Shown here one piece after another: positions 18,972 to 28,320 of a stretch of DNA of 64,000 nucleotides. The notes below the pieces were generated by a model. The model did no database searches. It saw only the letters and a list, made by a program, of their open reading frames with translations, and was not told the DNA's origin. Made by a program: the position numbers and the translations under genes. Positions within the stretch are counted from its first letter, which is position 1, and every line of letters starts with the position of its first letter. This DNA comes from an uncultured Acidobacteriaceae bacterium (GTDB lineage: Bacteria > Acidobacteriota > Terriglobia > Terriglobales > Acidobacteriaceae): assembly GCA_903842065.1 (NCBI GenBank), contig CAIMKZ010000076.1:30378-94377 (forward strand). Direction: 5' to 3'.

Positions 18972-21479
18972 ATGAGCGAAGAAGCGCAGGACGGCAAAAC
19001 TTCAACATCGGGCGTCAAACGCATGTGGCGCGGCCGGATGCGAATCATCCTCGCTGCCATCCTGGTGCTGTTGATCGCTTTCATCGTTCCGCCGTGGATC
19101 AGCATTGGCCGCTACCAGAAGCAGATCGTTCGAATACTTTCAGACTCGGTTGGCAGGCCGGTTGAGATGTCTTCGGTGGAGATGCGCCTGCTTCCACTGC
19201 CGGGATTCATCCTCTCGAACCTGAGCATCGCCGAGGATCCTGCCTACGGGTCTGAGCCGGTGCTGCACGCCAACTCCGTGCGCGCCAACATCCGGCTGCT
19301 CTCGCTGTGGCGCGGCCGGCTTGAGATAGGCAGCATCGTTGTGGATGAGGCGAGCCTGAATGTCGTCCGCGCTGGCTCGGGCCGGTGGAACCTGGATCCA
19401 CTGCTGCATAATGCCGCCAAGGCAGGCGCCAATACAGGCATGGGGCAGGTTGTACGCTTCCCATCGCTGACGGCTACGAACTCTCGAATCAACTTCAAGA
19501 ATGCAGCCGAGAAACTGCCGTTCTCGCTCGTCAACACAGATCTGAGTTTTTGGCAGCAGAGTCCAACCGAGTGGCGGATACGGCTTTTAGGTCAGCCGTC
19601 GCGGACCGATTTCGCGCTTCAGCAGGGCGACACTGGAACGGTACGCATCGAGGCCAGCATGAAGCGCGCCGCTCAACTGAGCGATCTGCCCATGAATGTG
19701 GATCTCGAATGGAAAGATGCTCAACTTGGACAACTCTCGCGTCTGGTCTTCGGCTCCGATCCAGGCTGGCGTGGCGACCTGAGGGGCAATCTGCACATCG
19801 ACGGGACTCCGGGAGATGCGCATCTGATCGCGCGACTGCGTGCAAGCGGTGTGCATCGCGAAGAGTTTGCGTCGCCCAATCCGCTGGACTTCGATGTGAA
19901 TTGCGGTCTGTCCTATCACTATGCCGAGCGCAGAGTTGAAGGGCTCAGCTGCGATTCACCGCTTGGCAATGGGCGCATCAGGGTTACAGGCGGAGTTCCC
20001 GGAGGCGGCGATCCGGCTCACTTCACCTTCGAGCTGGACAAGATTCCGGTAGATGCGGGACTGGACATGCTGCGCACGATGCGCAGTGGCTTGGCCGCGG
20101 ATCTGCTGGCAGCGGGTACCGTAAGCGGACGGATCGATTACGCTGAGCCAGCGATCTCAGAGAAGGCAAACCTGCGACCGAAACGCGGGCAGAAACGGCC
20201 TGAGATACAGCAGGCATTGAAGGGGTCGCTGACGGTCAGCGACTTCTCACTCAAGGGCGGTTCGCTCAGTCAGCCGATTACAGCCGAGAAGACTGTGCTT
20301 ACAGCAGTCAGCTCCGCAACCGGAAGTCAGGGGCTTGGCGGAACAGCCAATTTCAACCTGGGCGGGTCGGAGCCGTTGAGTGTCGGCCTGATTCTCGGAG
20401 GCTCTGGCTACGAGGAGAATCTGCACGGTCAGGTGTCGATCGACCGTGTGCGGGAACTGTTGCTGAGCACAGGTTGGCAGCAGGCCGCGGCGCTCAAGGA
20501 CCTGAGCGGAGATCCGCTGGCCGTTGGTATTGCTATCAAGGGACCTTGGATCGCATCGGTCGACAACGGGCTGGAAAGGGTCTCTCGCGACACTGTGCAG
20601 GGAACGGTCGCAGTACGGAACGCGCACTGGAAGTCTGAGTACCTTGCCAATGCAGTCGATATCGCTCAGGCAACGCTCAACCTGAGTTCGGCTGCGATGC
20701 GCTGGGAGCGAGTTGCGTTCGCTTACGGTCCGGTGAAGGGAACTGCCGCCGTTTCGCTCGCGCTTGGCTGCTCGCCGCTGGATTCGGAGTCGCCATATTG
20801 TGCGCCTGAGTTCAAGGTCGAGTTTGGCAGCATGGATGCGAGCGTTCTTGAGGCGGCGATTCTGGGCGCGCACGAGAAGGGTTCGGTGATCTCTAACCTC
20901 ATTGGGCGGCTGCGGCCTTCTGCGCCGACAGTGTGGCCGAAGATGCGCGGGACGGTGAGCGTTGAGTCGCTGACGCTTGGCCCGGTGAAGCTAGAGAAGG
21001 CATCGTCGATGGTGGAGTTTGCCGGCGATTACGCCAATCTGACCGCGCTCAAGGGCAGGCTGCTTGGAGGCTCTGTGGATGGCAGCGGAACGGTTCGCTG
21101 GTCGCAGGGCGATTCACGTCCTCCTTCCTATGCGATCGAGGCACGCTGTGAGCGGATGAGCGCAACTCTGCTGGGACAACTGCTCGGGCAGAAGTGGTCA
21201 GGCGGGCCGATCGCAGTCGAGGGCAAGTTGGATGCGACTGGATTCACGGAGCAGGATCTGTCAGCAACCGCGAAGGGTTCGCTGCACTTTGGCTGGAGTC
21301 GAGGTACGATGGCCGCAACGCGATTCGAGTCCTGGAGCGGAGACGCGGCGATCGGCAACGGCGAGGTTACGATCGGCAAGAACGAGATCTCTTCGAGCGG
21401 GAAGAAGCAATCAGTTGAAGGTTCCGTTGCGTTCGGAGCTTCAGTGAAGGCTCAGCTTGGCGTTGCCAGGGCTCAGTAA
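18972..21479 (+). CDS. AsmA-family protein
   Basis: N-terminal TM then SDSVGRPVEMSSV...EIGSIVVDEASLNVVRAGSGRWNLD; long beta-rich body. Confidence 0.75.
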   Translation: MSEEAQDGKTSTSGVKRMWRGRMRIILAAILVLLIAFIVPPWISIGRYQKQIVRILSDSVGRPVEMSSVEMRLLPLPGFILSNLSIAEDPAYGSEPVLHANSVRANIRLLSLWRGRLEIGSIVVDEASLNVVRAGSGRWNLDPLLHNAAKAGANTGMGQVVRFPSLTATNSRINFKNAAEKLPFSLVNTDLSFWQQSPTEWRIRLLGQPSRTDFALQQGDTGTVRIEASMKRAAQLSDLPMNVDLEWKDAQLGQLSRLVFGSDPGWRGDLRGNLHIDGTPGDAHLIARLRASGVHREEFASPNPLDFDVNCGLSYHYAERRVEGLSCDSPLGNGRIRVTGGVPGGGDPAHFTFELDKIPVDAGLDMLRTMRSGLAADLLAAGTVSGRIDYAEPAISEKANLRPKRGQKRPEIQQALKGSLTVSDFSLKGGSLSQPITAEKTVLTAVSSATGSQGLGGTANFNLGGSEPLSVGLILGGSGYEENLHGQVSIDRVRELLLSTGWQQAAALKDLSGDPLAVGIAIKGPWIASVDNGLERVSRDTVQGTVAVRNAHWKSEYLANAVDIAQATLNLSSAAMRWERVAFAYGPVKGTAAVSLALGCSPLDSESPYCAPEFKVEFGSMDASVLEAAILGAHEKGSVISNLIGRLRPSAPTVWPKMRGTVSVESLTLGPVKLEKASSMVEFAGDYANLTALKGRLLGGSVDGSGTVRWSQGDSRPPSYAIEARCERMSATLLGQLLGQKWSGGPIAVEGKLDATGFTEQDLSATAKGSLHFGWSRGTMAATRFESWSGDAAIGNGEVTIGKNEISSSGKKQSVEGSVAFGASVKAQLGVARAQ

Positions 21480-21495
21480 GGCTGTTCCCAGCTTC

Positions 21496-21501
21496 TAGAA
21501 T
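21496..21501 (+). promoter_or_regulatory. Candidate -10 box (TAGAAT) 6 nt before HAD gene ATG; leaderless-type
   Basis: TAGAAT-caaggt-ATG. Confidence 0.5.
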
Positions 21502-21507
21502 CAAGGT

Positions 21508-22191
21508 ATGGTTCTTTCCACTTCCGGCACATCTGTTTCCATTCCATTTCAAGGAATCCTGTTCGACTTCGACGGGATTCTGATCTCGTCGCTGGCTTCG
21601 GCTGAGCGTTGCTGGAGCGAGTGGGCGCGAATGCGCGGCGTCGATCCTGCGCTTGCGGTGAGAACGATGCATGGTCGCAGAGCGATCGAGACGGTTGCTC
21701 TTCTTTGTCCGGATCGCGATCCCGAGGCCGAGCTGAAAAGTATTGAAGGTCTGGAGATGGAGGACAGTGAGGGGCTCACTGTTTTGCCCGGAGTGCTGCG
21801 GCTGCTTGGATCGCTGCCGCCGGAGCGGTGGACGGTGGTGACGAGTTCGACCGAGCGGCTGGCGCGGGTGCGGATGCGTGTGGGTGGCGTGCCGGAACCG
21901 GCGAGGCTGGTGACTGCGGAGTGTGTGACATGGGGCAAGCCGCATCCGGAGCCGTTTCTGGCCGGGGCGAAGCTGCTGGGCTTTGAGGCTGCCGAGTGCG
22001 TGGTGTTTGAGGACGCACCGCCGGGAATCGAGGCCGGTCGAGCGGCTGGATGCACGGTTGTGGCGACTACCTTTTCACTGCCGGCCGCGGAACTGGGTGC
22101 GGCGAACTACATCGTTGCCGACTTGACTCAGGTGACGGTTGAGCCGGGCGCGAGTGGAATGGTCCTGCGGCTTGGTCAGCTAGCCAGCTAG
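21508..22191 (+). CDS. HAD-superfamily sugar-phosphatase-like hydrolase (YfbT/YniC-like)
   Basis: LFDFDGILI, VVTSST, GKPHPEPF, VFEDAPPGIEAG. Confidence 0.88.
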   Translation: MVLSTSGTSVSIPFQGILFDFDGILISSLASAERCWSEWARMRGVDPALAVRTMHGRRAIETVALLCPDRDPEAELKSIEGLEMEDSEGLTVLPGVLRLLGSLPPERWTVVTSSTERLARVRMRVGGVPEPARLVTAECVTWGKPHPEPFLAGAKLLGFEAAECVVFEDAPPGIEAGRAAGCTVVATTFSLPAAELGAANYIVADLTQVTVEPGASGMVLRLGQLAS

Positions 22192-22202
22192 TCAGCACGC
22201 AG
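22177..22202 (+). repeat. Octameric CAGCTAGY repeat supplying the HAD stop codon
   Basis: cagctagc cagctagt cagcacgc; TAG 22189-22191 lies inside. Confidence 0.7.
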
Positions 22203-22222
22203 TTGCTCCCTTTGTTCCTGAT

Positions 22223-22966
22223 CTACTTTGTGGCCTCGATCTTGCGTTTGTTGAGGTCCTGGATGGGCCGCGTGTTCATCTTGTAGATGGCTTCGAAGGT
22301 GTTGAGCTGGGAGCGGCTGATGGAGACGGGGTTTTCATAGACGAACCAGCTTACGCCCTCGGTGCAGGGAGGCGTGGTGAGTGAGCCGGAGTAGGTCCAG
22401 TAGGCGCGGTCGGTGGGGAGCAGTCCGCCCGGGTTGACCATAACGTCGATGGTCTGGGACTTGCCGGCCTGTTTGGGCAGATTCTGCCAAAGGGTGGCGA
22501 GGACGGCGTTGGGATACTGTCCCTCTTCGCTGAGCAGGACTCCGAGGACGGCGAGCTTGCCGTCGGCAGAGCGATGGACGAGATGCACCTCCATGTCAGC
22601 GTACTTGCCGCGGACGGTGTGCTCGCTGGGATGGTGGAAGTGGAACCCGACGAGGTCGTAGCGGGCGCCTGCGGCTACGATGTAGCTGCCCTTATGTACA
22701 TCGACCTGGATGGTGTGGCCGTCGTTTTCGATAGTGACTCCGCCGGTGATGTAATGGAACTCGATGGGCTTGAGCTCGACGTTGATGCGGGCGTTGCGGA
22801 TGTCGATGGGGGACTGTAGATCTCCCTTGGCGCAGACTTCGTAGCTGGGGTCGAGTTTGCCCCAGACGAGCGCGCCGGTCTTGCCCTGATAGGTCCAGTC
22901 GGCGTGGGACTGGGCGAAGGCTGCGGTGGAGGCGAAGAGCAGAAGGGCGATGAAGCGTGAGCGCAT
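22223..22966 (-). CDS. Secreted alpha-class carbonic anhydrase
   Basis: Signal peptide MRSRFIALLL; WTYQG, QSPIDI, FHFHHPSEH...EVHLVH Zn ligands, YSGSLTTPPCTEGV. Confidence 0.93.
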   Translation of the reverse strand: MRSRFIALLLFASTAAFAQSHADWTYQGKTGALVWGKLDPSYEVCAKGDLQSPIDIRNARINVELKPIEFHYITGGVTIENDGHTIQVDVHKGSYIVAAGARYDLVGFHFHHPSEHTVRGKYADMEVHLVHRSADGKLAVLGVLLSEEGQYPNAVLATLWQNLPKQAGKSQTIDVMVNPGGLLPTDRAYWTYSGSLTTPPCTEGVSWFVYENPVSISRSQLNTFEAIYKMNTRPIQDLNKRKIEATK

Positions 22967-23129
22967 GGCGTACTCCCCGGGGCGGGTTTGAAGCTCAGAG
23001 AGCATTCTACGGTATGGGCAGGGCGGTTGAAGAGCTTTCGAGAAAATATCCGGTTCAAGGGTATAAACGTAAGAAAATAGTAGAGTTAAGTTGGCTCCTC
23101 TCTGCCAAGTGCCGAGATCTAAAGCTGTT

Positions 23130-23160
23130 GCAGGTATCTGATTCAAAACCAATAACTTAC
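23130..23160 (+). repeat. Degenerate copy of the GTAAG...CTTAC / IHF-like element
   Basis: GCAGGTATCTGATTCAAAACCAATAACTTAC, similar to 40057-40083. Confidence 0.45.
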
Positions 23161-23175
23161 GTGGATATTCCTAGC

Positions 23176-23288
23176 TGAGGGGGGCAGGTCTTCAGGGGAA
23201 ATTCACCCGAAGACCGCCCACTCCCTCTCCGCACAGGACCGCAGTGCCCAGCTGCCGTCATGCGCGCGTCGGCTCCACGTGGCGCCTA
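23176..23288 (-). ncRNA. Candidate structured small RNA / leader (unassigned)
   Basis: Long hairpin 23182-23219; minus-strand TATAAT at 23315-23320 and CAGAAT at 23295-23300 upstream; no family recognised. Confidence 0.3.
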
Positions 23289-23489
23289 ATTCTTATTCTG
23301 CACAAAAGCTGGAAATTATATGCAAGTGGGGCGAAAGAATTTTTTTGGGACGGGGAAGATGGTGGATGCGAGGGCATGGGGATGAGGAATCGATCGAATC
23401 CAGACAATCTCTACAGTGTGGTGCTTTGCGAGACGGTGACGAATCGCTTCATCGATAATCGGAAGGAATGACATCAGGGAGGAATACCA

Positions 23490-23864
23490 GTGAGTTTTTC
23501 AGCAGCGTTGCTTGAAGTGCTAAAGATGGACGGCGTGGTGGCAATTGCCACTCTGGGCCCGGACGGGCCGCATATGGTGAATACCTGGAACAGCTACGTG
23601 CATGCTGATGACGATGGCCGTTTGTTCATCCCGGCGGGGAACTATCGCAAAACCGAGGCCAACATTACATTCAACAACCAGGTTCTTGTGACTTTGGGTA
23701 GCAGCAGGGTGCAGGGATCGCATGGTCCGGGGACCGGCTTTCTGCTTAAAGGCAAGGCTTCCTTTTTGACGGAAGGCGCGGAGTGCGATGCCATGAAATC
23801 GAGATTCCGCTGGGCACGGGCGGTTTTATGCATCACGGTCGATTCCGCAACGCAGACGATTTAG
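23490..23864 (+). CDS. Pyridoxamine 5'-phosphate oxidase-like FMN-binding protein
   Basis: GVVAIATLGPDGPHMVNTWNSY...KTEANI...LGSSRVQG...GTGFLLKG; GGAGG SD. Confidence 0.85.
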   Translation: MSFSAALLEVLKMDGVVAIATLGPDGPHMVNTWNSYVHADDDGRLFIPAGNYRKTEANITFNNQVLVTLGSSRVQGSHGPGTGFLLKGKASFLTEGAECDAMKSRFRWARAVLCITVDSATQTI

Positions 23865-23905
23865 TTCTGGCCGGTTCCACAATTGGCCGGTTGAGAGTCG
23901 ATCTT

Positions 23906-23943
23906 TCCCAGGTCCCCAAGTGCGAGGAACCTGGGGCACCCAG
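23906..23943 (+). repeat. REP-like palindrome family A, copy 2
   Basis: TCCCAGGTCCCCAAGTGCGAGGAACCTGGGGCACCCAG. Confidence 0.9.
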
Positions 23944-23986
23944 AGTTGTGGTGGGTTGAGAGATTGAGCGGGTTATTGGGAGCAAT

Positions 23987-24025
23987 AAAAGAGGGGCAGC
24001 GCCTGTTGGCGCTGCCCCTTTGTTT
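23987..24025. terminator. Bidirectional intrinsic terminator
   Basis: AAAAG-AGGGGCAGCGCC-TGTT-GGCGCTGCCCCT-TTGTTT between convergent genes. Confidence 0.85.
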
Positions 24026-24048
24026 GCTTAGTTGTTTGAGCTGCTTTG

Positions 24049-25194
24049 CTACTTAGCCTGAGCGGCGAGCGCGGCTGCCTTGTCGGTGGCTTCCCATGTG
24101 AAGTCCGGCTCGGTCCGGCCGAAGTGGCCGTAGGCCGCGGTCTGTCGGTAGATGGGGCGGCGGAGGTTGAGGCTCTCGATGATGCCCTTGGGCTTGAGCG
24201 AGAAGTTCTTGCGGACCAGCTCGGTGAGCTTGGCTTCGCTGATCTTTCCGGTGCCGAAGGTTTCTACGAGGACGCTGACGGGATCGGCGACGCCGATGGC
24301 ATAGGCCAGCTCGACTTCAGCCTTGTCGGCCAGACCTGCCGCGACGATGTTTTTGGCGATGTAGCGCGCCATGTAAGCTGCGGAACGATCGACCTTTGAC
24401 GGGTCCTTGCCGGAGAATGCGCCGCCGCCGTGACGGCCCATGCCACCGTAGGTGTCGACGATGATCTTGCGGCCGGTGAGACCGGTGTCTCCCATGGGAC
24501 CGCCGATGACGAAGCGGCCGGTGGGATTGATGTGGTACTTGGTGTTGGCGTCGAGCAGGTTGGCGGGCAGGACGGCTTGGATGACGTGCTTGAGGATGTC
24601 GGCGTGCAACTCGTCGTTGGAGATGGACTCGGCGTGCTGGGAGCTGATGACGACAGCGTCGATGCGCGCAGGCTTGCCGTTCTCATCATATTCAACAGTC
24701 ACCTGGCTCTTGCCGTCGGGCCGCAGATAGGAGAGCTTGCCGGACTTGCGGACGGTCGAGAGCTGGCGGGTGAGCTTGTGGGCGAGCGAGATCGGGGCTG
24801 GCATCAGCTCGGGGGTCTCGTTCGAGGCATAGCCGAACATCATGCCCTGATCGCCTGCGCCGCCGGTATCGACGCCCTGTGCGATGTCGGGCGACTGGCG
24901 GTTGATGGAGGAGATGACCGAGCAGGTGTTGGAGTCGAAGCCGTAGAGTGCGTTGTCGTAGCCGATGGAGGCGATGACGCCGCGCACGAGGGACTGGAAG
25001 TCGACGTAGGCCTCGGTGGTGATTTCGCCAGCGACGACAACGAGTCCGGTGCAGGTCAGCGTCTCGGCGGCAACGCGGCTCATGGGGTCTTTCTCGAGGC
25101 AGGCGTCGAGAATGGCGTCGGATACCTGGTCGGCGATCTTATCGGGATGGCCTTCGGTTACCGATTCGGAAGTGAAAAGAAAACGGTCGCTCAA
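24049..25194 (-). CDS. metK: S-adenosylmethionine synthetase
   Basis: [36 protein letters not shown]. Confidence 0.98.
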   Translation of the reverse strand: MSDRFLFTSESVTEGHPDKIADQVSDAILDACLEKDPMSRVAAETLTCTGLVVVAGEITTEAYVDFQSLVRGVIASIGYDNALYGFDSNTCSVISSINRQSPDIAQGVDTGGAGDQGMMFGYASNETPELMPAPISLAHKLTRQLSTVRKSGKLSYLRPDGKSQVTVEYDENGKPARIDAVVISSQHAESISNDELHADILKHVIQAVLPANLLDANTKYHINPTGRFVIGGPMGDTGLTGRKIIVDTYGGMGRHGGGAFSGKDPSKVDRSAAYMARYIAKNIVAAGLADKAEVELAYAIGVADPVSVLVETFGTGKISEAKLTELVRKNFSLKPKGIIESLNLRRPIYRQTAAYGHFGRTEPDFTWEATDKAAALAAQAK

Positions 25195-25203
25195 GTTGAA
25201 AAA

Positions 25204-25266
25204 CTCCTTCCCATAGATGGGAAATTGGCTACACAGTCAATGCTCTCAATATGTTAAATGGAGCAC
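25204..25266 (-). promoter_or_regulatory. Candidate SAM-II/SAM-V-like riboswitch variant upstream of metK
   Basis: Minus strand GTGCTC-CATTTAACATATTGA-GAGCAT-TGACTGTGTAGCCAAT-TTCCCATCTATGGGAAGGAG; P1 stem, AUUU loop, AUUG/CAAU pseudoknot pairing, SD adjacent. Confidence 0.55.
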
Positions 25267-25288
25267 GGGGGGCTGGGCAAAGGAATAC

Positions 25289-25330
25289 AGGGAAGAGGGA
25301 ATAGGGACGGGAGAACGGGGAGAAGCAGGG
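25289..25330. repeat. Degenerate AGGGA-type heptamer repeat
   Basis: agggaag agggaat agggacg ggagaac. Confidence 0.55.
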
Positions 25331-25357
25331 TGCGAATGGAGGAGCGCATCCGGGTGG

Positions 25358-25873
25358 CTAGCCAAGGTGGAGGAGTTTGAGGGCCGCTTGCCAGAGGTGC
25401 GAGCACCATGCCTCAAAGGAATAGATGGTGGGCCAGGGCATGATGGAGTGCCACCATCCTGCGCGGAAGCCGTAGTAGCGGGCGGTGAAGAATGCTCCGG
25501 AGACGATGAGCAGCAGCAGTAGCAGGACGCCTGCCCAGCGGAGCCTCATCTCAGCGGCTTCGCGGCGGAGTATGCGTGCGCGTCCGACGTTGGAGGCGAA
25601 GGCGGTCCAGTTGCGGTCGTCGTCGTTGGAGAGGCCAGAGGCGTTGCATGCTTTGGTAAAACGGGCGAGCCAGTCGTCTTGATCGAGGCCGACAGCGCCG
25701 ACGTAGCCGCGGACGATGCCTTTGCTGAGTATGCCACCGGGGAGAAGACGAAAACGATCCTGCTCGAGCGCCAGCAGGTGACGCGGGCTGATCTTGGTCT
25801 TGGCCGTGATATCTTCAAGCGCGATGCCGCGGGAGAGCCGCTCCATGCGCAGGTCTTCACCAAAACTACTCAT
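25358..25873 (-). CDS. RodZ-like HTH membrane protein (short, HTH plus TM only)
   Basis: FGEDLRMERLSRGIALEDITAKTKISPRHLLALEQDRF..LPGGI..KGIVRGY followed by one TM. Confidence 0.75.
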   Translation of the reverse strand: MSSFGEDLRMERLSRGIALEDITAKTKISPRHLLALEQDRFRLLPGGILSKGIVRGYVGAVGLDQDDWLARFTKACNASGLSNDDDRNWTAFASNVGRARILRREAAEMRLRWAGVLLLLLLIVSGAFFTARYYGFRAGWWHSIMPWPTIYSFEAWCSHLWQAALKLLHLG

Positions 25874-26085
25874 TAGGCAGGCCCCGGAAACGTGCAATAG
25901 CCAGGCAAGTGGAATTGCATCTTCAAGATAAACCTGCCAGTTTGCAGAGTCAAAAAGAAATTGGCCGCATTGCCGGTATGAAGTGCCGGAACAGTAGCTG
26001 GTCCAGACATGGAGTTGCGGATGGCTGCTGTTACCCTTGAATGAGGGCCAGGGAATCCGGATTGGCCGCCGAAACCGGGAGTGCG

Positions 26086-27189
26086 ATGAACAAGCTCATC
26101 TTAGCCAATCTGCTGCACAGGCCTGTGCGATCGATTATCAGCATTCTGGCCGTGGCCATTGAAGTGGTCATGATTTTGTCGATCGTGGGCATTTTCATGG
26201 GGATGCTGAACGACCAGAAGGCGCGGACGAACGGGATCGGCGCGGACCTTCTTTTGCGACCCTCGAATGCGAGCTACATGAATGGTGTGGGCGGAGCGCC
26301 CATGCCGATCAAGAACATTGAAGCGATTCGGCGACTGCCGCACGTGGCAGCGGCCTCACCGGTGATCCAAAACCTCTCCACGGCTGGCAAGGTCGAGGTT
26401 CTGTACGGGATTGAGTACCAGAGCTTCAATTCCCTGAAGCCGTTCGTGTTTCTGTCGGGCAGTCCGTTCCAGGGGCCTTACGACGTGATCGTGGACGATG
26501 TATTTGCCGGGTCGGACGGGGGCTATCATGTGGGCGACTCGATTCCGATCATGAAACAAAACTTTCGCATCTCGGGGATTGTGGAGCACGGCAAGGGCGG
26601 GCGGAAACTGGTGCCGATTGAGACGATGGGCACGATGATGGGCGCCGATGGTAAGTCTTCGGTTTTTTACATCAAGTGCGACAACTCTGCGAACGCGGAT
26701 GCGGTGATGGCGGAGATCCATGGCACCAGGGGGTTGGAAGATACGCAGATACAAACCATGGACGAGTGGCTTTCAATGATGACACCGGAGAAGCTTCCCG
26801 GGTTCAACATCTCTTTGAACGTGGTGACAGGGATCGCGGTGGTTGTGGGCTTTCTGGTTATCTTCCAGTCGATGTACACGGCGGTTCTGGAGCGGACGCG
26901 GGAGATCGGGATTCTGAAGTCGATGGGCGCGTCGAAGGTCACGATCGTGAGCATGGTACTGCGCGAGAGCGGACTGATGGCGTTGGCCGGGGTAGCGGTG
27001 GGGATGCTGGGCGCAGTGGGTATACGTATTTTGCTGGCGCATGCATTTCCGACGCTTTCGGTTGAGATTCCAGGGGTATGGCTGGTGCGCGGCGCCCTGA
27101 TCGCGTTTGCGGGAGCGATCTTAGGAGCGCTGTATCCGGCGTGGATCGCGGCGCGGAAGGATCCTATCGACGCGCTGGCTTACGAGTAG
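26086..27189 (+). CDS. ABC transporter permease, MacB/FtsX family
   Basis: NLLHRPVRS, VLERTREIGILKSMGAS, ALYPAWIAARKDPIDALAYE. Confidence 0.9.
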   Translation: MNKLILANLLHRPVRSIISILAVAIEVVMILSIVGIFMGMLNDQKARTNGIGADLLLRPSNASYMNGVGGAPMPIKNIEAIRRLPHVAAASPVIQNLSTAGKVEVLYGIEYQSFNSLKPFVFLSGSPFQGPYDVIVDDVFAGSDGGYHVGDSIPIMKQNFRISGIVEHGKGGRKLVPIETMGTMMGADGKSSVFYIKCDNSANADAVMAEIHGTRGLEDTQIQTMDEWLSMMTPEKLPGFNISLNVVTGIAVVVGFLVIFQSMYTAVLERTREIGILKSMGASKVTIVSMVLRESGLMALAGVAVGMLGAVGIRILLAHAFPTLSVEIPGVWLVRGALIAFAGAILGALYPAWIAARKDPIDALAYE

Positions 27190-27221
27190 CAAGCTAGCAA
27201 GTCAGCTGGCCAGCGGGTCGG
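27190..27221 (+). repeat. Octameric tandem repeat immediately after permease stop
   Basis: caagctag caagtcag ctggccag cgggtcgg. Confidence 0.65.
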
Positions 27222-27230
27222 CGATACTGG

Positions 27231-28247
27231 TTGTGCATGAGCGCGACTGATAACAAGACAACTGAGTTGGTGGGGATCGATGCGATTCGCGCGGCAGCGC
27301 GGCGGATCGCGGGGATCGCTGTGCGTACGCCGCTGGTGAAGGCGCCGTTTGCATGTCTGGCGGATCGCGGCAGCGGGCGGGAGATATGGCTCAAGGCCGA
27401 GAGCTTGCAGCCGATCGGTGCGTTCAAGATTCGCGGCGCGGCGAACAAGATTCTGCAACTGAAGCCGGAAGAGCTGGCGCGGGGCGTGATTACCTACTCG
27501 AGCGGCAACCACGCGCAGGGCGTGGCTTATGTGGCGCGCGAGGTGGGCGCGAAGGCGGTGATTGTGATGCCGTCGAACGCACCGGCGATCAAGCGCGCGT
27601 CAACGCTGGCCATGGGCGCGGAGATTGTGGACGTGGGCGTGGCTTCAAGCGAACGTCATGCGATGGCGGACAAGCTGATCAAAGAGCACGGATACGCTGT
27701 TGTGCCGCCTTACGACGACGATGAAATTATCGCCGGGCAGGGAACGTGCGGGCTGGAGATCGTTGAGGACTTGCCGGATGTGGATCTGGTGGTGACTCCG
27801 ATCTCAGGCGGCGGGCTGCTGGGGGGCGTATCTGCGGCGGTGAAGCAGTTAAGGCCGCAGGCGAAGGTGTTTGGGGCCGAGCCGGAGCTGGCCGGGGATG
27901 CGACGGAGAGCTACCGCACGGGAAAGATCGTTACATGGGATGCGGAAGCGGTGAGCCGCACACTGGCCGATGGGCTGCGGACGCAGAGCGTGGGCGAGAG
28001 GAACTTCCGGCATCTGAAGGCCTTTGTGGATGGAATGGTGACGGTGACGGAAGGCGAGATTCGCGCTGCGATGCGGGCGATTGTGGCAACGACAAGATTG
28101 GTTCCGGAGCCGAGTGGAGCGGTGGCTGTGGCGGCGCTGCTGTTTCATGGCGACGAGCTGCCGCCGTACCGGAAGGCCGTGGCGGTGGTGAGCGGGGGAA
28201 ATGTGGACCCGGGGCTGCTGGCAGAAGTTTTGAAAGACAGGGACTGA
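27231..28247 (+). CDS. PLP-dependent threonine/serine dehydratase (serine racemase-like, no ACT domain)
   Basis: LKAESLQPIGAFKIRGA, SSGNHAQG, GQGTCGLE, SGGGL, EPSGA, VSGGN. Confidence 0.9.
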   Translation: MCMSATDNKTTELVGIDAIRAAARRIAGIAVRTPLVKAPFACLADRGSGREIWLKAESLQPIGAFKIRGAANKILQLKPEELARGVITYSSGNHAQGVAYVAREVGAKAVIVMPSNAPAIKRASTLAMGAEIVDVGVASSERHAMADKLIKEHGYAVVPPYDDDEIIAGQGTCGLEIVEDLPDVDLVVTPISGGGLLGGVSAAVKQLRPQAKVFGAEPELAGDATESYRTGKIVTWDAEAVSRTLADGLRTQSVGERNFRHLKAFVDGMVTVTEGEIRAAMRAIVATTRLVPEPSGAVAVAALLFHGDELPPYRKAVAVVSGGNVDPGLLAEVLKDRD

Positions 28248-28263
28248 GGGACTTGGGACTCAG
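28238..28263 (+). repeat. GGGACT octamer repeat supplying the dehydratase stop
   Basis: cagggact gagggact tgggact cag; TGA 28245-28247 inside. Confidence 0.75.
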
Positions 28264-28320
28264 AGATCTGTGCTTACTTGGGCCTTAGTGGTGCGTCGGT
28301 TGGAGTGGGAGTCGATTGAG

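Noticed and set aside
25249-25259. ATATGTTAAAT resembling the XerD arm of dif
   Set aside because: No XerC-like arm at the correct 6-bp spacing; the sequence is better explained as the riboswitch-like loop on the other strand.
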